From positions 3,241-67,240 of the forward strand of contig WFXF01000077.1 of the NCBI GenBank assembly GCA_015490755.1: 64,000 nucleotides of DNA. Direction: 5' to 3'. Positions 1-11,173 of the stretch are shown here, one piece after another. The translations under genes and the position numbers were made by a program. This DNA is from Gammaproteobacteria bacterium (GTDB taxonomy: Bacteria > Pseudomonadota > Gammaproteobacteria > JAADGQ01). Position 1 is the stretch's first letter; the number at the start of each line of letters is the position of its first letter. A model generated the notes under the pieces. It did not search any database. It had not been told where the DNA came from and saw nothing but the letters and a program-made list of their open reading frames with translations.

Positions 1-114
1 CGTGCCTCAATGAAAGATGTGAGTATTCGGGTGTTACGTCATTTCGGTAAAACACCGTCCAGCATCTCAAGCCGTGACGACGATAAAATTGAGGACGAAA
101 CTCATGGAATTTGA
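1..114 (+). CDS. 3' end of an upstream CDS, probably ExbB/MotA/TolQ proton channel (partial)
   Basis: Frame 1 is open from base 1 (RASMKDVSIRVLRHFG...HGI*) to TGA at 112-114, overlapping the exbD start; identity inferred from exbB-exbD-tonB gene order. Confidence 0.55.
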   Translation, partial: RASMKDVSIRVLRHFGKTPSSISSRDDDKIEDETHGI

Positions 115-502
115 AGGCCGTGCCCGCATTCACTCTCACCTTGATATCGCGCCACTCATTGATATTGTTTTTCTGTTGCTGGTCTTTTTTATGTTGACGA
201 GTACCTTTTTAGTACCAGAAGCCATTGAGCTGGAGTTGCCAGAATCAAACAGTGCAAATGTGACAGAAATAACGCCCATTACAGTCACATTGAATCAGGC
301 GGGTGAATTGACGCTGAATGGAGAAGCGATCGCTTTGGAGCAGTTAAAAGCAGCGATTGAACCTTTGCTGGAACAAGATAGTGATGCGCCAGTGACCCTG
401 AAGAGCGATGCTCATAGTGAAGTGCAACAGTTGCTTGGCGTGATGGATGAAATCCGCAGTGCAGGTGGTAGCAATATCGCACTGGCGACAACGCAGAAAT
501 AG
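104..502 (+). CDS. exbD: Biopolymer transporter ExbD/TolR
   Basis: LDIAPLIDIVFLLLVFFMLTS transmembrane signature; ATG at 104 preferred over GTG at 74. Confidence 0.9.
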   Translation: MEFEGRARIHSHLDIAPLIDIVFLLLVFFMLTSTFLVPEAIELELPESNSANVTEITPITVTLNQAGELTLNGEAIALEQLKAAIEPLLEQDSDAPVTLKSDAHSEVQQLLGVMDEIRSAGGSNIALATTQK

Positions 503-506
503 TTTC

Positions 507-1208
507 TTGGTCATTACGCGGCTACATATCGGTATTACGTTATTGATTGCACTTTTGCTGCACGGTGGTTTGGCTGTGTGGCTCGTATTGCCTGCGAAAG
601 AGCCACTTCCAGAGCCCATTAAACAAATCGTGCGTATTAATTTGCAGGCGGCTGTTGCCAAAACCGCTGTGACCACACCTGTGCCTATTGTTGAACCACC
701 TACCGATCCGATTCAAAAACCAAAAATAGAGCCAAAGCCAACTCCTGTTCCTGTTTTCAAGCCAAAACCTAAGCCGACTCCAAAGCCGGTGATTCAGGAA
801 ACTCCACCGGAGCCACAACCCGTTGCTCCGCCCACGCCTGAGTCGGTGGAAATGCCTGAAATTATTCAGGAAGTGGTTCCGCCACCGGTTGAATCCAAAC
901 CCATGCCGTTGGATGCTGTTGCGACTGCAAAATATGAACAGTTGCTCCAGGCCTGGTTGGAAAAGCATAAAAAATACCCAAAAATAGCCAAACGTATGCG
1001 TATTGAAGGGGAGGGGGTGTTGCGTATTTTGATTGATCGCATGGGACAAATACAGCAGATTTCACTGGAGCAATCAACCGGTAACAGGTTGCTTGATAAA
1101 GCCGCACTGGAAATGGCAGAGAAAGCAAATCCATTTCCGGCTATGTCAAAAAAAGATCCACGTCAATCGTTGGAGTTTTTTGCGCCTGTAGTATTTGTGC
1201 TTCATTAA
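507..1208 (+). CDS. tonB: Energy transducer TonB
   Basis: N-terminal TM with LLLHG, Pro/Lys-rich spacer, C-terminal YP..A....EG..SxG..LD TonB domain; ORF open from 447, TTG at 507 is the likelier start. Confidence 0.88.
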   Translation: MVITRLHIGITLLIALLLHGGLAVWLVLPAKEPLPEPIKQIVRINLQAAVAKTAVTTPVPIVEPPTDPIQKPKIEPKPTPVPVFKPKPKPTPKPVIQETPPEPQPVAPPTPESVEMPEIIQEVVPPPVESKPMPLDAVATAKYEQLLQAWLEKHKKYPKIAKRMRIEGEGVLRILIDRMGQIQQISLEQSTGNRLLDKAALEMAEKANPFPAMSKKDPRQSLEFFAPVVFVLH

Positions 1209-1252
1209 CAATTTTTTGATCAACTTAAATATTTCATTTCAAATGCCACAAT

Positions 1253-1267
1253 TGGTATGGGTTTTGC
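1253..1267 (+). promoter_or_regulatory. Putative sigma-54 (-24/-12) promoter for the nitrate reductase gene
   Basis: TGGTATGGGTTTTGC has GG-N10-GC spacing and lies upstream of a nitrogen-assimilation gene. Confidence 0.6.
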
Positions 1268-1346
1268 CTTAACTGTTTATAGCAAAGATAAATGGTTATG
1301 TTTCTGATTGTATTGTGTGCATTTAAATATGTTGATAGCGACTGGT

Positions 1347-1363
1347 TGCACTGTCGTGGTGCA
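1347..1363. promoter_or_regulatory. Putative NtrC binding site
   Basis: TGCACTGTCGTGGTGCA resembles the consensus TGCACCA-N3-TGGTGCA. Confidence 0.55.
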
Positions 1364-1440
1364 TGAGTGATTTGACAAGATTTACTGTCGCAATTGATCG
1401 GTGAAGCAGCGTAAAAAGTTGGTTTTCAGGTTTATTAAAA

Positions 1441-4119
1441 ATGAAAGAGAAGAATTTATCCGAAACAACGGTATGTACTACTTGCCCATACTGTGGTGTG
1501 GGCTGTGGGGTAGTGGCGATGCCTCAGGCGGACGGCAGTATGGAGGTGAGGGGGGACGAGATGCACCCCTCTAATTTTGGGCGGCTCTGTTCCAAGGGAT
1601 CAGCGCTGGGGCAAACAGTGGGGTTGGAGGGTCGTCTTCTTTATCCTGAGATCAATGGTGAACGCTGTGATTGGGACGCTGCTTTGAGTGAGGTAGCCAA
1701 CCGTTTTCAGCAAACTATTGCAGAGCACGGCCCTGATTCGGTCGCGTTTTATGTTTCAGGGCAGTTATTGACTGAGGATTATTATGTTGCAAATAAACTG
1801 ATGAAGGGATACATCGGTAGTGCTAATATCGATACTAATTCACGTCTGTGCATGTCTTCTGTTGTAGCAGGCCAAAAACGTGCTTTTGGAGCCGATGCGA
1901 TGCCTTGTGCCTATGAAGATCTGGAGCGAGCCAAGTTGATTGTCATTGTGGGTTCAAACGCGGCTTGGTGTCACCCTGTGCTATTTCAACGAATTGTTCA
2001 GGCCAAGCAGGGTAACCCTGACCTTATGGTTGTAGTAATTGATCCACGTCGTACTGCCACCTGTGATACTGCCGATATTCATTTGGCTGTACGTCCGGGC
2101 AGTGATGCTGTTTTATTTACAGGCCTGCTGCACTATCTGGATCAAAAAGGGGAGAAAAACCATCTCTTTGTCGATCATCACACCGAGGGCAGTCAACAGG
2201 CGTTGGTAACGGCGGCAAAAGTGGTGCCGACGATCGAGTCAGTAGCATTTCGCTGTGGCTTGAAAGTTGATGAAGTAACTGAATTTTATCGTCTTTTTTC
2301 CCGTACGGAACGAGTCATTACTGCCTATTCACAAGGGGTGAACCAGTCTATTAGTGGTACTGACAAGGTGAACTCCATTATTAACTGTCACTTGTTTACC
2401 GGTCGTATTGGTCGTCCCGGCATGGGGCCATTTTCCTTTACTGGTCAGCCCAATGCTATGGGTGGGCGTGAAGTGGGAGGCTTGGCTAATCAGCTCGCTG
2501 CTCATATGGAAATAGGAAATGTTAACCATAGAGATATTGTGCAACGTTTTTGGCAGTCTCCAACTATTTCTGACAAGTCAGGACTCAAAGCGATTGATCT
2601 GTTTAGGGCCGTTGAGTCGGGGCAAGTCAAAGCAGTCTGGGTGATGGCGACCAATCCGGCAGTGACGCTGCCTGATGCTGATCGGGTAAGGGCGGCGCTG
2701 AAAAAATGTGATTTTGTAGTGATCTCTGATTGCGTTGAGGAGACCGATACAACGGCTCTGGCTCATGTGCTTCTACCCGCAGCCGCTTGGGGTGAGAAAG
2801 ATGGGTCGGTGACTAATTCCGAACGCCGTATTTCGCGCCAGCGCCGGTTTCTGCCTGATGCCGGTGAAGCAAGGCCAGATTGGTGGATTGTGTGTGAAGT
2901 AGCCAAATGTATGGGGTTCGGCCAAGCTTTTAATTACGATAGTCCAGCGGCAATTTTTCGTGAACATGCAGCGCTTTCCGGCTTTGAAAACTCTGGTGAA
3001 CGTGACTTTGATATCTCTGGTCTGAGTGAGTTAAGTGATGATGCCTATGATAGGTTGATGCCCGCTCAGTGGCCTATTCGCAAAAAGGGAGGCAGTACGC
3101 CTCGCCTCTTTAGCGATGGTCGTTTTTTCACTCCCAGTGGCAAGGCATGGTTTGTATCTGTCGCACCTCGCTTTCCCGCTAATCTGCCTGATGCCGATTT
3201 TCCTTTTGTGTTAAATACCGGTCGGGTGCGTGATCAGTGGCACACCATGTCACGTACAGGTAAATCTCCTCTTTTATCGGAACACAGCCCTGAACCCTAT
3301 GTTGAAATGAGTACGGAAGATGCTAGGAAAGCAGGAGTGTCGGAGGGTGTGTTGGTGCATATTATAAGTCGTTGGGGTAAAGCTGTAGTACGGGCGCGCA
3401 TTAGTGATGGCCAGCAGCGTGGCAGTGTATTTGTGCCGATGCACTGGAGTGAGCAGTACTCCAGTTCTGGCCGTATCGGTGCAGTGGTTAATCCTGAGTG
3501 CGATGTGATTTCTGGTCAGCCTGAGTTTAAACATACTCCTGTTCGTGTGGTATCTTATGAACCGGTTTGGCATGGATTTATCTTGTCGCGCAGAAAGCTT
3601 GATCTTGAAGGTGTGACTTATTGGGTGGTGGCCAAAGGTAATGGCTTTTATCGTTATGAAATTGCAGGTGAACAGACCCCTGAAAACTGGTCATACTGGG
3701 CTCGTAACATGTTGTGCGCCTCTGAAAATGATGTGAACTGGGTCGAATATCTGGATCAGGGTACGCATCGTTATCGTGGCGTGCGTATGGTTAATAATAG
3801 GGTAGAGAGCTGTTTGTTTATCGCTCCCAGCCACGATCTGCCTTCTAGAAGCTGGTTAGCCGGGCTGTTTAGTCAGGAATCATTGGATTGCAATGAACGC
3901 AAAGGGTTATTACTGGGTAAGCCACCGGTGGGTCAAAAAGATGTGGGTCGTATCGTCTGCGCTTGTTTTTCGGTGGGCATCAATACGATAAATGATGCGA
4001 TTCGGGAGCAAAATCTAAAGTCTATTGAAGAGATTGGCCTGGTGTTAAAAGCCGGGACTAATTGTGGTTCCTGTGTACCGGAGTTGAAGGCATTGATTGC
4101 GGCAGTGCATTTTTCATAA
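1441..4119 (+). CDS. nasA: Assimilatory nitrate reductase catalytic subunit (Mo-bisPGD)
   Basis: TTCPYCGVGCG...LCSKG 4Fe-4S motif, NSRLCMSS, TGQPNAMGGRE, C-terminal BFD-like VCACF...GTNCGSC. Confidence 0.93.
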   Translation: MKEKNLSETTVCTTCPYCGVGCGVVAMPQADGSMEVRGDEMHPSNFGRLCSKGSALGQTVGLEGRLLYPEINGERCDWDAALSEVANRFQQTIAEHGPDSVAFYVSGQLLTEDYYVANKLMKGYIGSANIDTNSRLCMSSVVAGQKRAFGADAMPCAYEDLERAKLIVIVGSNAAWCHPVLFQRIVQAKQGNPDLMVVVIDPRRTATCDTADIHLAVRPGSDAVLFTGLLHYLDQKGEKNHLFVDHHTEGSQQALVTAAKVVPTIESVAFRCGLKVDEVTEFYRLFSRTERVITAYSQGVNQSISGTDKVNSIINCHLFTGRIGRPGMGPFSFTGQPNAMGGREVGGLANQLAAHMEIGNVNHRDIVQRFWQSPTISDKSGLKAIDLFRAVESGQVKAVWVMATNPAVTLPDADRVRAALKKCDFVVISDCVEETDTTALAHVLLPAAAWGEKDGSVTNSERRISRQRRFLPDAGEARPDWWIVCEVAKCMGFGQAFNYDSPAAIFREHAALSGFENSGERDFDISGLSELSDDAYDRLMPAQWPIRKKGGSTPRLFSDGRFFTPSGKAWFVSVAPRFPANLPDADFPFVLNTGRVRDQWHTMSRTGKSPLLSEHSPEPYVEMSTEDARKAGVSEGVLVHIISRWGKAVVRARISDGQQRGSVFVPMHWSEQYSSSGRIGAVVNPECDVISGQPEFKHTPVRVVSYEPVWHGFILSRRKLDLEGVTYWVVAKGNGFYRYEIAGEQTPENWSYWARNMLCASENDVNWVEYLDQGTHRYRGVRMVNNRVESCLFIAPSHDLPSRSWLAGLFSQESLDCNERKGLLLGKPPVGQKDVGRIVCACFSVGINTINDAIREQNLKSIEEIGLVLKAGTNCGSCVPELKALIAAVHFS

Positions 4120-4303
4120 TCCGGTGTTGACAATCGGTGTTATTAAAATAAAAATTCACAGCTCTTATTCTTGACTGAATGAAACCAAATATAAATTTGA
4201 GGGTCGTATCGCGAATGCAGTAAAAAATAGCATACTGTTCTATTATCCGGGATACTTTCCGGTTTCTATAAAATCATCAATACCAATAATATAAGGTTGA
4301 AAT

Positions 4304-5674
4304 ATGCTGATGCGCATTTGTCTGATTTTGGGTTTTGTATTTTCCCTGTTCTCTACCGCCTATGCAGGTTCCCCTCCCCACGAGTTCATGCTGGATAATG
4401 GACTGAAATTAATTGTTAAAAAAGATACGCGAGCCCCCGTTGTGGTATCTCAGGTGTGGTACAAAGTGGGCAGCAGTTATGAATATAATGGTATTACAGG
4501 TGTTTCTCATGTTCTTGAGCATATGATGTTTAAGGGCACAGAAGAGTATGCTCCAGGTGAGTTTTCCCGAATCATTGCAGCGAATGGTGGGCGTGAAAAT
4601 GCATTCACTGGCCGTGATTACACCGCTTACTTTCAGCAATTAGAGAAAAGTCGTCTAGAGATTAGCTTTAAAATGGAATCGGATCGAATGCGAGGTTTGT
4701 TACTGCCTGAAGAGGAGTTTGCTAAAGAGGTCAAGGTGGTGATGGAGGAGCGCCGTATGCGTACAGAGGACAATCCTCAGGCATTGACTCGGGAGCAGTT
4801 TTATGCAACTGCTTTTATCAGTAATCCTTACCGGAACCCGGTGGTTGGCTGGATGGATGATTTGGAGTCCATGGGTGTCGCTGATTTGCGTACTTGGTAT
4901 CAGCGTTGGTATGCGCCTAATAATGCCGTGGTTGTGGTTGTGGGTGATGTCGAGCCACAAGCTGTTTTGGCATTGGCTAAAAAATATTTTGAACCTCTTG
5001 AGCCCAGTGAAATTCTTCCGGTCAAGCCACGCACTGAAGCGTCTCAGCTGGGTGAAAAACGAATTTTGGTTAAAGCACCCGCAAAACTGCCTTATTTGCT
5101 GATGGGGTATCATGCTCCAGTGTTGAAATTTGCTGATGAACCTTGGGAGCCGTATGCGCTTGAAGTATTGGCGGGGGTACTGGATGGTGGTAACAGTGCT
5201 CGCTTGGCAAAAGAGTTGGTGCGTGGCAAAGAAATTGCAGCAGGTGCAAGCGTGGGTTATAGCATGATCGGTCTGCATAATGATCTTTTTTCCTTGAGCG
5301 GTACGCCGACTGAAGCGCATAGCATAGAAACACTGGAAGCAGAGTTTTTAGCACAAATTGAAATATTGAAACAAACGTTAGTGGATGAAAGTGAACTGGC
5401 CAGAGTGAAGGCTCAGGTCGTGGCCAGTAATATTTATGAACTGGATTCTGTGTTTTATCAGGCAATGCAGATCGGTATGCTGGAAACCACAGGATTGGGG
5501 TGGCCGCTACTGGATGAATATGTTGATAATGTTCGTGCCGTGACTGCCGAGCAGGTGCAGGCTGTTGCGCGTAAATTTTTGGTAAAAGATCAGTTGACGG
5601 TGGCCGTGCTTGAACCCGTTGCTACAGAATTGGATATAGAGCCATCTCATCATGCTGGAGGATTAGTGCATTGA
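4304..5674 (+). CDS. M16 family zinc peptidase, catalytic subunit
   Basis: Inverted zinc motif HVLEH, ENAFT, EERR; signal peptide. Confidence 0.92.
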   Translation: MLMRICLILGFVFSLFSTAYAGSPPHEFMLDNGLKLIVKKDTRAPVVVSQVWYKVGSSYEYNGITGVSHVLEHMMFKGTEEYAPGEFSRIIAANGGRENAFTGRDYTAYFQQLEKSRLEISFKMESDRMRGLLLPEEEFAKEVKVVMEERRMRTEDNPQALTREQFYATAFISNPYRNPVVGWMDDLESMGVADLRTWYQRWYAPNNAVVVVVGDVEPQAVLALAKKYFEPLEPSEILPVKPRTEASQLGEKRILVKAPAKLPYLLMGYHAPVLKFADEPWEPYALEVLAGVLDGGNSARLAKELVRGKEIAAGASVGYSMIGLHNDLFSLSGTPTEAHSIETLEAEFLAQIEILKQTLVDESELARVKAQVVASNIYELDSVFYQAMQIGMLETTGLGWPLLDEYVDNVRAVTAEQVQAVARKFLVKDQLTVAVLEPVATELDIEPSHHAGGLVH

Positions 5675-7047
5675 TTCATCTTATTCATAAAAAAATAAAC
5701 CTGATTTTACTATTGGTGATTTCAGGCTTGATTCTTTCTGGTTGTAGCACCATCACTCCCGTATCAACTGATAACGATGTGGCACCCGTTGTCACAAAAA
5801 AAATACAGCATTGGACTACAAGTAATGGTGCGCGAGTCTATTTCGTACCAGCTCCAGAACTGCCGATTCTGGATGTGAGTGTTACATTTGATGCTGGCAG
5901 TGCGCGTGACGGAGCTCAGGCTGGACTTGCGTTGCTGACCAATGGCCTTCTGGATGATGGCGCTGGCAGTTTAAATACAGATCAGATTGCGCAAAAATTT
6001 GAAGGTGTAGGAGCGCAGTTTGGATTGGCTGCTCATCGTGACATGGCAACCGTGACATTGCGCAGCTTGAGTGACGCTGAGCTATTGCAGCCTGCATTGG
6101 CAACGATGGCTCATCTACTGCACGCTCCTGCATTTCCGAAAGAGGCATTTGAGCGTGAGGTTAAGCAGATGATGATTGCTTTGCGTGCGATGGAGCAATC
6201 ACCGGCGGCACTTGCAGAAAAAGCATTTTACCCCGCACTGTATGGTGATCACCCTTATGCATCTCCTTCAATGGGAACACAGGAGAGCCTGGCGGCATTG
6301 ACGTTGAATGATGTTCGCCAGTTTCATGCAAAATATTATGTTGCACGTAATGCTGTGATTGCGATGACGGGTGATATAGATCGTAAAGAGGCTGAAAAAA
6401 TAGCTGAAAGTTTAATTTCTCCACTTCGTTCAGGGCGGGTTGCTAAACCACTCCCGCCAGTGAAAGCGTTGACGGAGTCGGTTGAAATTAATATCGACTA
6501 CCCTTCCAGTCAAACACATGTACTTATGGGGCAACCCGGTATGCATCGTGGTGATCCTGATTATTTTACACTGTATGTGGGTAATCATATTTTGGGTGGC
6601 AGCGGGCTGGTCTCCCGTATGAGTGAAGAGGTTCGGGAAAAGCGGGGCCTCTCTTACAGTGCGTATAGTTATTTTAGCCCAATGCGCCGTAATGGTCCTT
6701 TTATTATTGGTTTGCAAACACAAAACGATCAAGTAGCAGAGGCACTGAAAGTTGCTGGTGATACGTTGCGTGAGTTTGTGAATAATGGCCCGACCTCTGA
6801 TGAACTTGTTGCATCAAAGCAGAATATTATGGGTGGTTTCCCGTTACGTATTGCAAGTAACAGTAAAATTGCAGGGTACTTGGCAATGATTGGTTTTTAC
6901 GATTTACCACTTGATTACCTGGATCAATTTAATCCTACTGTGGAAAGTGTCACACTGGATGATATTAAAAAGGCATTCAAAGCGCGTATTAATCCAGATA
7001 AAATGGTCACTGTGACTGTCGGCGGAAACGCTGCTAAAAGTGAATAA
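5671..7047 (+). CDS. M16 family peptidase, non-catalytic partner subunit (lipoprotein)
   Basis: No HxxEH; VREKRGLSY R/Y motif; lipobox LSGC; overlaps the preceding gene. Confidence 0.88.
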   Translation: MIHLIHKKINLILLLVISGLILSGCSTITPVSTDNDVAPVVTKKIQHWTTSNGARVYFVPAPELPILDVSVTFDAGSARDGAQAGLALLTNGLLDDGAGSLNTDQIAQKFEGVGAQFGLAAHRDMATVTLRSLSDAELLQPALATMAHLLHAPAFPKEAFEREVKQMMIALRAMEQSPAALAEKAFYPALYGDHPYASPSMGTQESLAALTLNDVRQFHAKYYVARNAVIAMTGDIDRKEAEKIAESLISPLRSGRVAKPLPPVKALTESVEINIDYPSSQTHVLMGQPGMHRGDPDYFTLYVGNHILGGSGLVSRMSEEVREKRGLSYSAYSYFSPMRRNGPFIIGLQTQNDQVAEALKVAGDTLREFVNNGPTSDELVASKQNIMGGFPLRIASNSKIAGYLAMIGFYDLPLDYLDQFNPTVESVTLDDIKKAFKARINPDKMVTVTVGGNAAKSE

Positions 7048-7612
7048 AAATAAGGGTGGCAGTAGAAATCAGCTGCGTATTATTGCTGGAAGGTGGCGAG
7101 GTCGAAAATTAGCTTTTCCTGATGTGGATGGTCTACGGCCAACCACTGACCGTGTTCGGGAAACACTGTTTAACTGGTTGCAGCCGGTGGTTTCTGGAGC
7201 TCACTGTCTGGATCTTTTTGCTGGCAGCGGTGCTTTGGGTTGGGAGGCGCTATCACGAGGTGCTGCCCATGTAACCATGGTGGATCACCACCCTTGTGTG
7301 ATAGAACAACTCAAAAAACATGTCGTGTTGCTGGGTGATAAAGGGGCTCGCTGTATCCAGGCGGATGGTTTAAAGTTTTTGAATGGTTCTGAAAAGTCGT
7401 ACGATATTGTTTTTTTGGATCCACCCTTTCAGGCGGATTTGTTAAAGGGTTGTATCGATATGCTGTACCGCAAAAATTACCTGGAGACAGGGGCTCGAGT
7501 TTATATAGAGCACGATAAAAGTGAGGCTTTGCCAGAAATTCCACCAAATTGGCAATTGAGTCGAAGTAAACAGGCGGGTCATGTAGGCTATCATCTTTTT
7601 ATAGTTTTGTGA
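7040..7612 (+). CDS. rsmD: 16S rRNA m2G966 methyltransferase
   Basis: LRIIAGRWRGR, LRPTTDRVRETLFNWL, LDLFAGSG, DPPF. Confidence 0.95.
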   Translation: MNKNKGGSRNQLRIIAGRWRGRKLAFPDVDGLRPTTDRVRETLFNWLQPVVSGAHCLDLFAGSGALGWEALSRGAAHVTMVDHHPCVIEQLKKHVVLLGDKGARCIQADGLKFLNGSEKSYDIVFLDPPFQADLLKGCIDMLYRKNYLETGARVYIEHDKSEALPEIPPNWQLSRSKQAGHVGYHLFIVL

Positions 7613-7615
7613 TAA

Positions 7616-8107
<492 letters not shown>

Positions 8108-8130
8108 CCCAATAAAACAGGAGTATTTAA

Positions 8131-8385
<255 letters not shown>

Positions 8386-8391
8386 AATTCG

Positions 8392-10053
8392 ATGAGAATT
8401 TGGTTTCTCTTGGCGCTGCTGCTGGCTTTTTTGCCTCTATCAGCTTCAGAAAAACCACCCTCTGCTGCCATTGCATCGGCGCACCCGTTGGCAACGCAGG
8501 CGGGTTTTGATGTTTTAGAGGCGGGGGGAAATGCGTTTGATGCTGCTGTGGCTGTTACTGCCGCGCTCGCAGTTGTTGAACCTTATGGTTCCGGCCTGGG
8601 AGGTGGTGGTTTTTGGCTTTTGCATCGCGCCAGTGATGGTTTTGAAACCATGCTTGACGGGCGTGAGCGCGCGCCACTGGCTGCAGATCGAAATATGTAT
8701 CTGGATGAAAAAGGCCAGATCATTAAAAACCTCTCTCTGAATGGTCCGCTGGCGGCCGGAATTCCCGGTGTGCCTGCTGCAATGGCGCATTTGGCCGACC
8801 ACTATGGCAAGCTCCCTTTGAAACAAAGCCTCTCTTCTGCGATCCGTTATGCAGACCAAGGTGTCGCTGTGGGTGATTCATATCGTCGCATGGCCGCTTT
8901 TCGATTAAATGCATTACGAGATTCAACAGATGCAAGTGCGATATTTTTACAGCGTGGTGCAGTACCCGATGAAAATTTTGTACTTAAACAGCCGGAGCTT
9001 GCAAAAACATTAAAAGTGATTGCCGATCAGGGTGAAAAAGGTTTCTACCAAGGTATAGTTGGTAAAAAGCTGGTCGAAGGTGTTCGTCAGGCTGGTGGTA
9101 TCTGGACGTTAGATGATTTACAAAAGTACCAGGTGATCGAACGCAAACCTGTGTACGGCTATTATAAAGGCACAAAAATAGTTTCGGCAGCACCGCCTTC
9201 GTCAGGAGGAGTTGCTCTGGTAACGATGCTGAATATTTTGTCAGGCTATGATCTGGATGCGTTGGAAGCTGTGCAAAAGAAGCATTTTGTTATTGAAGCT
9301 ATGCGCCGCGCTTATCGTGACCGAGCTCTTTATTTAGGGGATAGTGATTTTATAGATGTGCCGTTAGAGCAGCTTACCAGTCGACTTTATGCTGCTGGTT
9401 TGCGAGCTTCGATTCATCCTGAAAAAGCCACTCCAAGTTCCATGTTATCTGGCAATGTGTATGAGAACCCTGGTTTTCATACCACTCACTTTTCTGTGCT
9501 GGATAAAGATGGTAATCGAGTCTCTGCAACGTTGAGTATCAACTATCCTTTTGGCGCAGCATTTGTAGTGCCGGGCACGGGAGTTCTGCTGAATGACGAG
9601 ATGGATGATTTTTCAGCCAAACCCAGTGAGCCAAATATTTATGGGTTAGTCGGAGGTGAAGCCAACGCCATTGCTCCAGGTAAACGCCCTTTATCAAGTA
9701 TGACCCCCACTTTTTTGGAGAATGATCAAGGTGTTGCAATCTTGGGTACGCCTGGTGGTAGCCGGATTATCACCATGGTATTGCTGGCTGCGCTTGATTT
9801 TATGGAGGGAAATCGCCCCGAATCATGGGTTGAACTCAAACGCTATCACCACCAATACCTTCCTGATAAAGTGCAGCATGAAGTTGATGCGTTTAATCAG
9901 AGTTCGCTTGAATCTTTAAAGCTTGCAGGGCATAGTTTTAAGCAACTTAATCGTACTTATGGGAATATGCAGGCCATATTGTGGGATTTAAAAAACAACC
10001 AGGTCGAAGCCGCCAGTGACCCACGGGGCGAAGGGCTGGCGGAAGTTCGTTAA
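8392..10053 (+). CDS. ggt: Gamma-glutamyltransferase
   Basis: GGNAFDAAVA, TTHFS nucleophile, LNDEMDDF, PLSSM, GTPGGSRI. Confidence 0.95.
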   Translation: MRIWFLLALLLAFLPLSASEKPPSAAIASAHPLATQAGFDVLEAGGNAFDAAVAVTAALAVVEPYGSGLGGGGFWLLHRASDGFETMLDGRERAPLAADRNMYLDEKGQIIKNLSLNGPLAAGIPGVPAAMAHLADHYGKLPLKQSLSSAIRYADQGVAVGDSYRRMAAFRLNALRDSTDASAIFLQRGAVPDENFVLKQPELAKTLKVIADQGEKGFYQGIVGKKLVEGVRQAGGIWTLDDLQKYQVIERKPVYGYYKGTKIVSAAPPSSGGVALVTMLNILSGYDLDALEAVQKKHFVIEAMRRAYRDRALYLGDSDFIDVPLEQLTSRLYAAGLRASIHPEKATPSSMLSGNVYENPGFHTTHFSVLDKDGNRVSATLSINYPFGAAFVVPGTGVLLNDEMDDFSAKPSEPNIYGLVGGEANAIAPGKRPLSSMTPTFLENDQGVAILGTPGGSRIITMVLLAALDFMEGNRPESWVELKRYHHQYLPDKVQHEVDAFNQSSLESLKLAGHSFKQLNRTYGNMQAILWDLKNNQVEAASDPRGEGLAEVR

Positions 10054-10062
10054 ATATATTTT

Positions 10063-10254
10063 CTATTCTGTTGTTTCTTTTTCAACAAGCACATACTCAT
10101 TACCGCAATAAGGACACTTAGCGGGTTTATCGGTTGTCACATTGATAAAAATACGAGGGTGCGAGTTCCATTGTGTCATCTCATCTGTTGGACAGTGTAG
10201 CGGCAAATCTTTTGAAGTAATTTCGTAACGGTTATTTTTGTCTTTTCTTGGCAT
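10063..10254 (-). CDS. Small zinc-finger (zf-CHCC) domain protein
   Basis: LPLHCP...WNSHPRIF...CPYCG. Confidence 0.85.
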   Translation of the reverse strand: MPRKDKNNRYEITSKDLPLHCPTDEMTQWNSHPRIFINVTTDKPAKCPYCGNEYVLVEKETTE

Positions 10255-10293
10255 GATGCGCTTTTCCTTGGGTTGTGACTGCTATTAAATTGG

Positions 10294-10611
10294 TTAAAGA
10301 TTTTTTATAAGAGCTTCAATATAACGGCTAGCATTAAATATGAATAATACCTCCACTACTTGCTCATCATCTAAAGCACGATAATAAATATTATAGTCTC
10401 TATAAGATGTTGTTCTTATCTCTTCGTTTAAATCCAGGTTTTCCGCAACTCTTCCAGAGTAAGGGAAAATAGAGAGGTTTTTCTTTAATGAGCTTGTTAT
10501 TTCGTCAATAAAACTGATTGCTCTTGCTGGGTTATCCAGAGCAATATATTCGCCAATTTCAAGCAAACCCTCTTTAGCCGTTGGCATAATGACTACACGG
10601 TAATTTTTCAT
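10294..10611 (-). CDS. Type II toxin, RelE/ParE superfamily
   Basis: YRVVIMPTA..L.EI..YIA.DNP..A...FPYSGR...YNIYYR; directly downstream of an antitoxin. Confidence 0.85.
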   Translation of the reverse strand: MKNYRVVIMPTAKEGLLEIGEYIALDNPARAISFIDEITSSLKKNLSIFPYSGRVAENLDLNEEIRTTSYRDYNIYYRALDDEQVVEVLFIFNASRYIEALIKNL

Positions 10612-10627
10612 GGGTTTTATTTATGAT

Positions 10628-10921
10628 TTATTTATGATTTATTCTTGTTCGTAACTCCAGTTTAATATTATCTATATAAGTATCAGTTAACTCTTCACCT
10701 CTACCCGCTTTACTGTCTACCAGACCAGACTGAACACCACTCTTAATGGTTTCCCTCATGGTATCTACAAGTGCAAATATTGCAGGTAGATTTTCCATAG
10801 AGAGCATCACCCCAACAGGACGGTTTCTTCTAGTTACCATGACCGGCTCACGTTGAGCAGTGTCCAAAAAAGAACCAAATGCATTTTGCGCTTCTTTTGA
10901 GGAAATAGTTTTCATGCTCAT
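10628..10921 (-). CDS. Type II antitoxin, Phd/YefM family
   Basis: ISSKEAQNAFGSFLDTAQREPVMVTRRNRPVGV. Confidence 0.87.
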   Translation of the reverse strand: MSMKTISSKEAQNAFGSFLDTAQREPVMVTRRNRPVGVMLSMENLPAIFALVDTMRETIKSGVQSGLVDSKAGRGEELTDTYIDNIKLELRTRINHK

Positions 10922-10944
10922 AACTCCATATAAGTTAGTGTTGA

Positions 10945-10961
10945 TGTAGCTATTGTAGCTA
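10945..10961. promoter_or_regulatory. Putative toxin-antitoxin autoregulatory operator
   Basis: Tandem TGTAGCTA x2, each containing the palindrome TAGCTA, about 25-40 bp upstream of the antitoxin start. Confidence 0.45.
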
Positions 10962-11173
10962 CTTTGCAGGGAAAGAAAAACTTTCCATAAAAAATAAGTC
11001 TGAATAAATATGAAGGTTGGAACGATAATTGGGGCTTAAGTTTGCTAGATCGTGATTTAGCATGGACTTTAAGCGGGTGTGCCATTAATATTCATTGTGC
11101 GTTTTGGCTTGGATTGCCAGTTTTCATGAAACGTGTATGTTTTAAATTCAAAAATCAAAAGGATGAGATTGTA

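Noticed and set aside
670-905. Pro-rich repetitive DNA
   Set aside because: Normal periplasmic spacer of TonB
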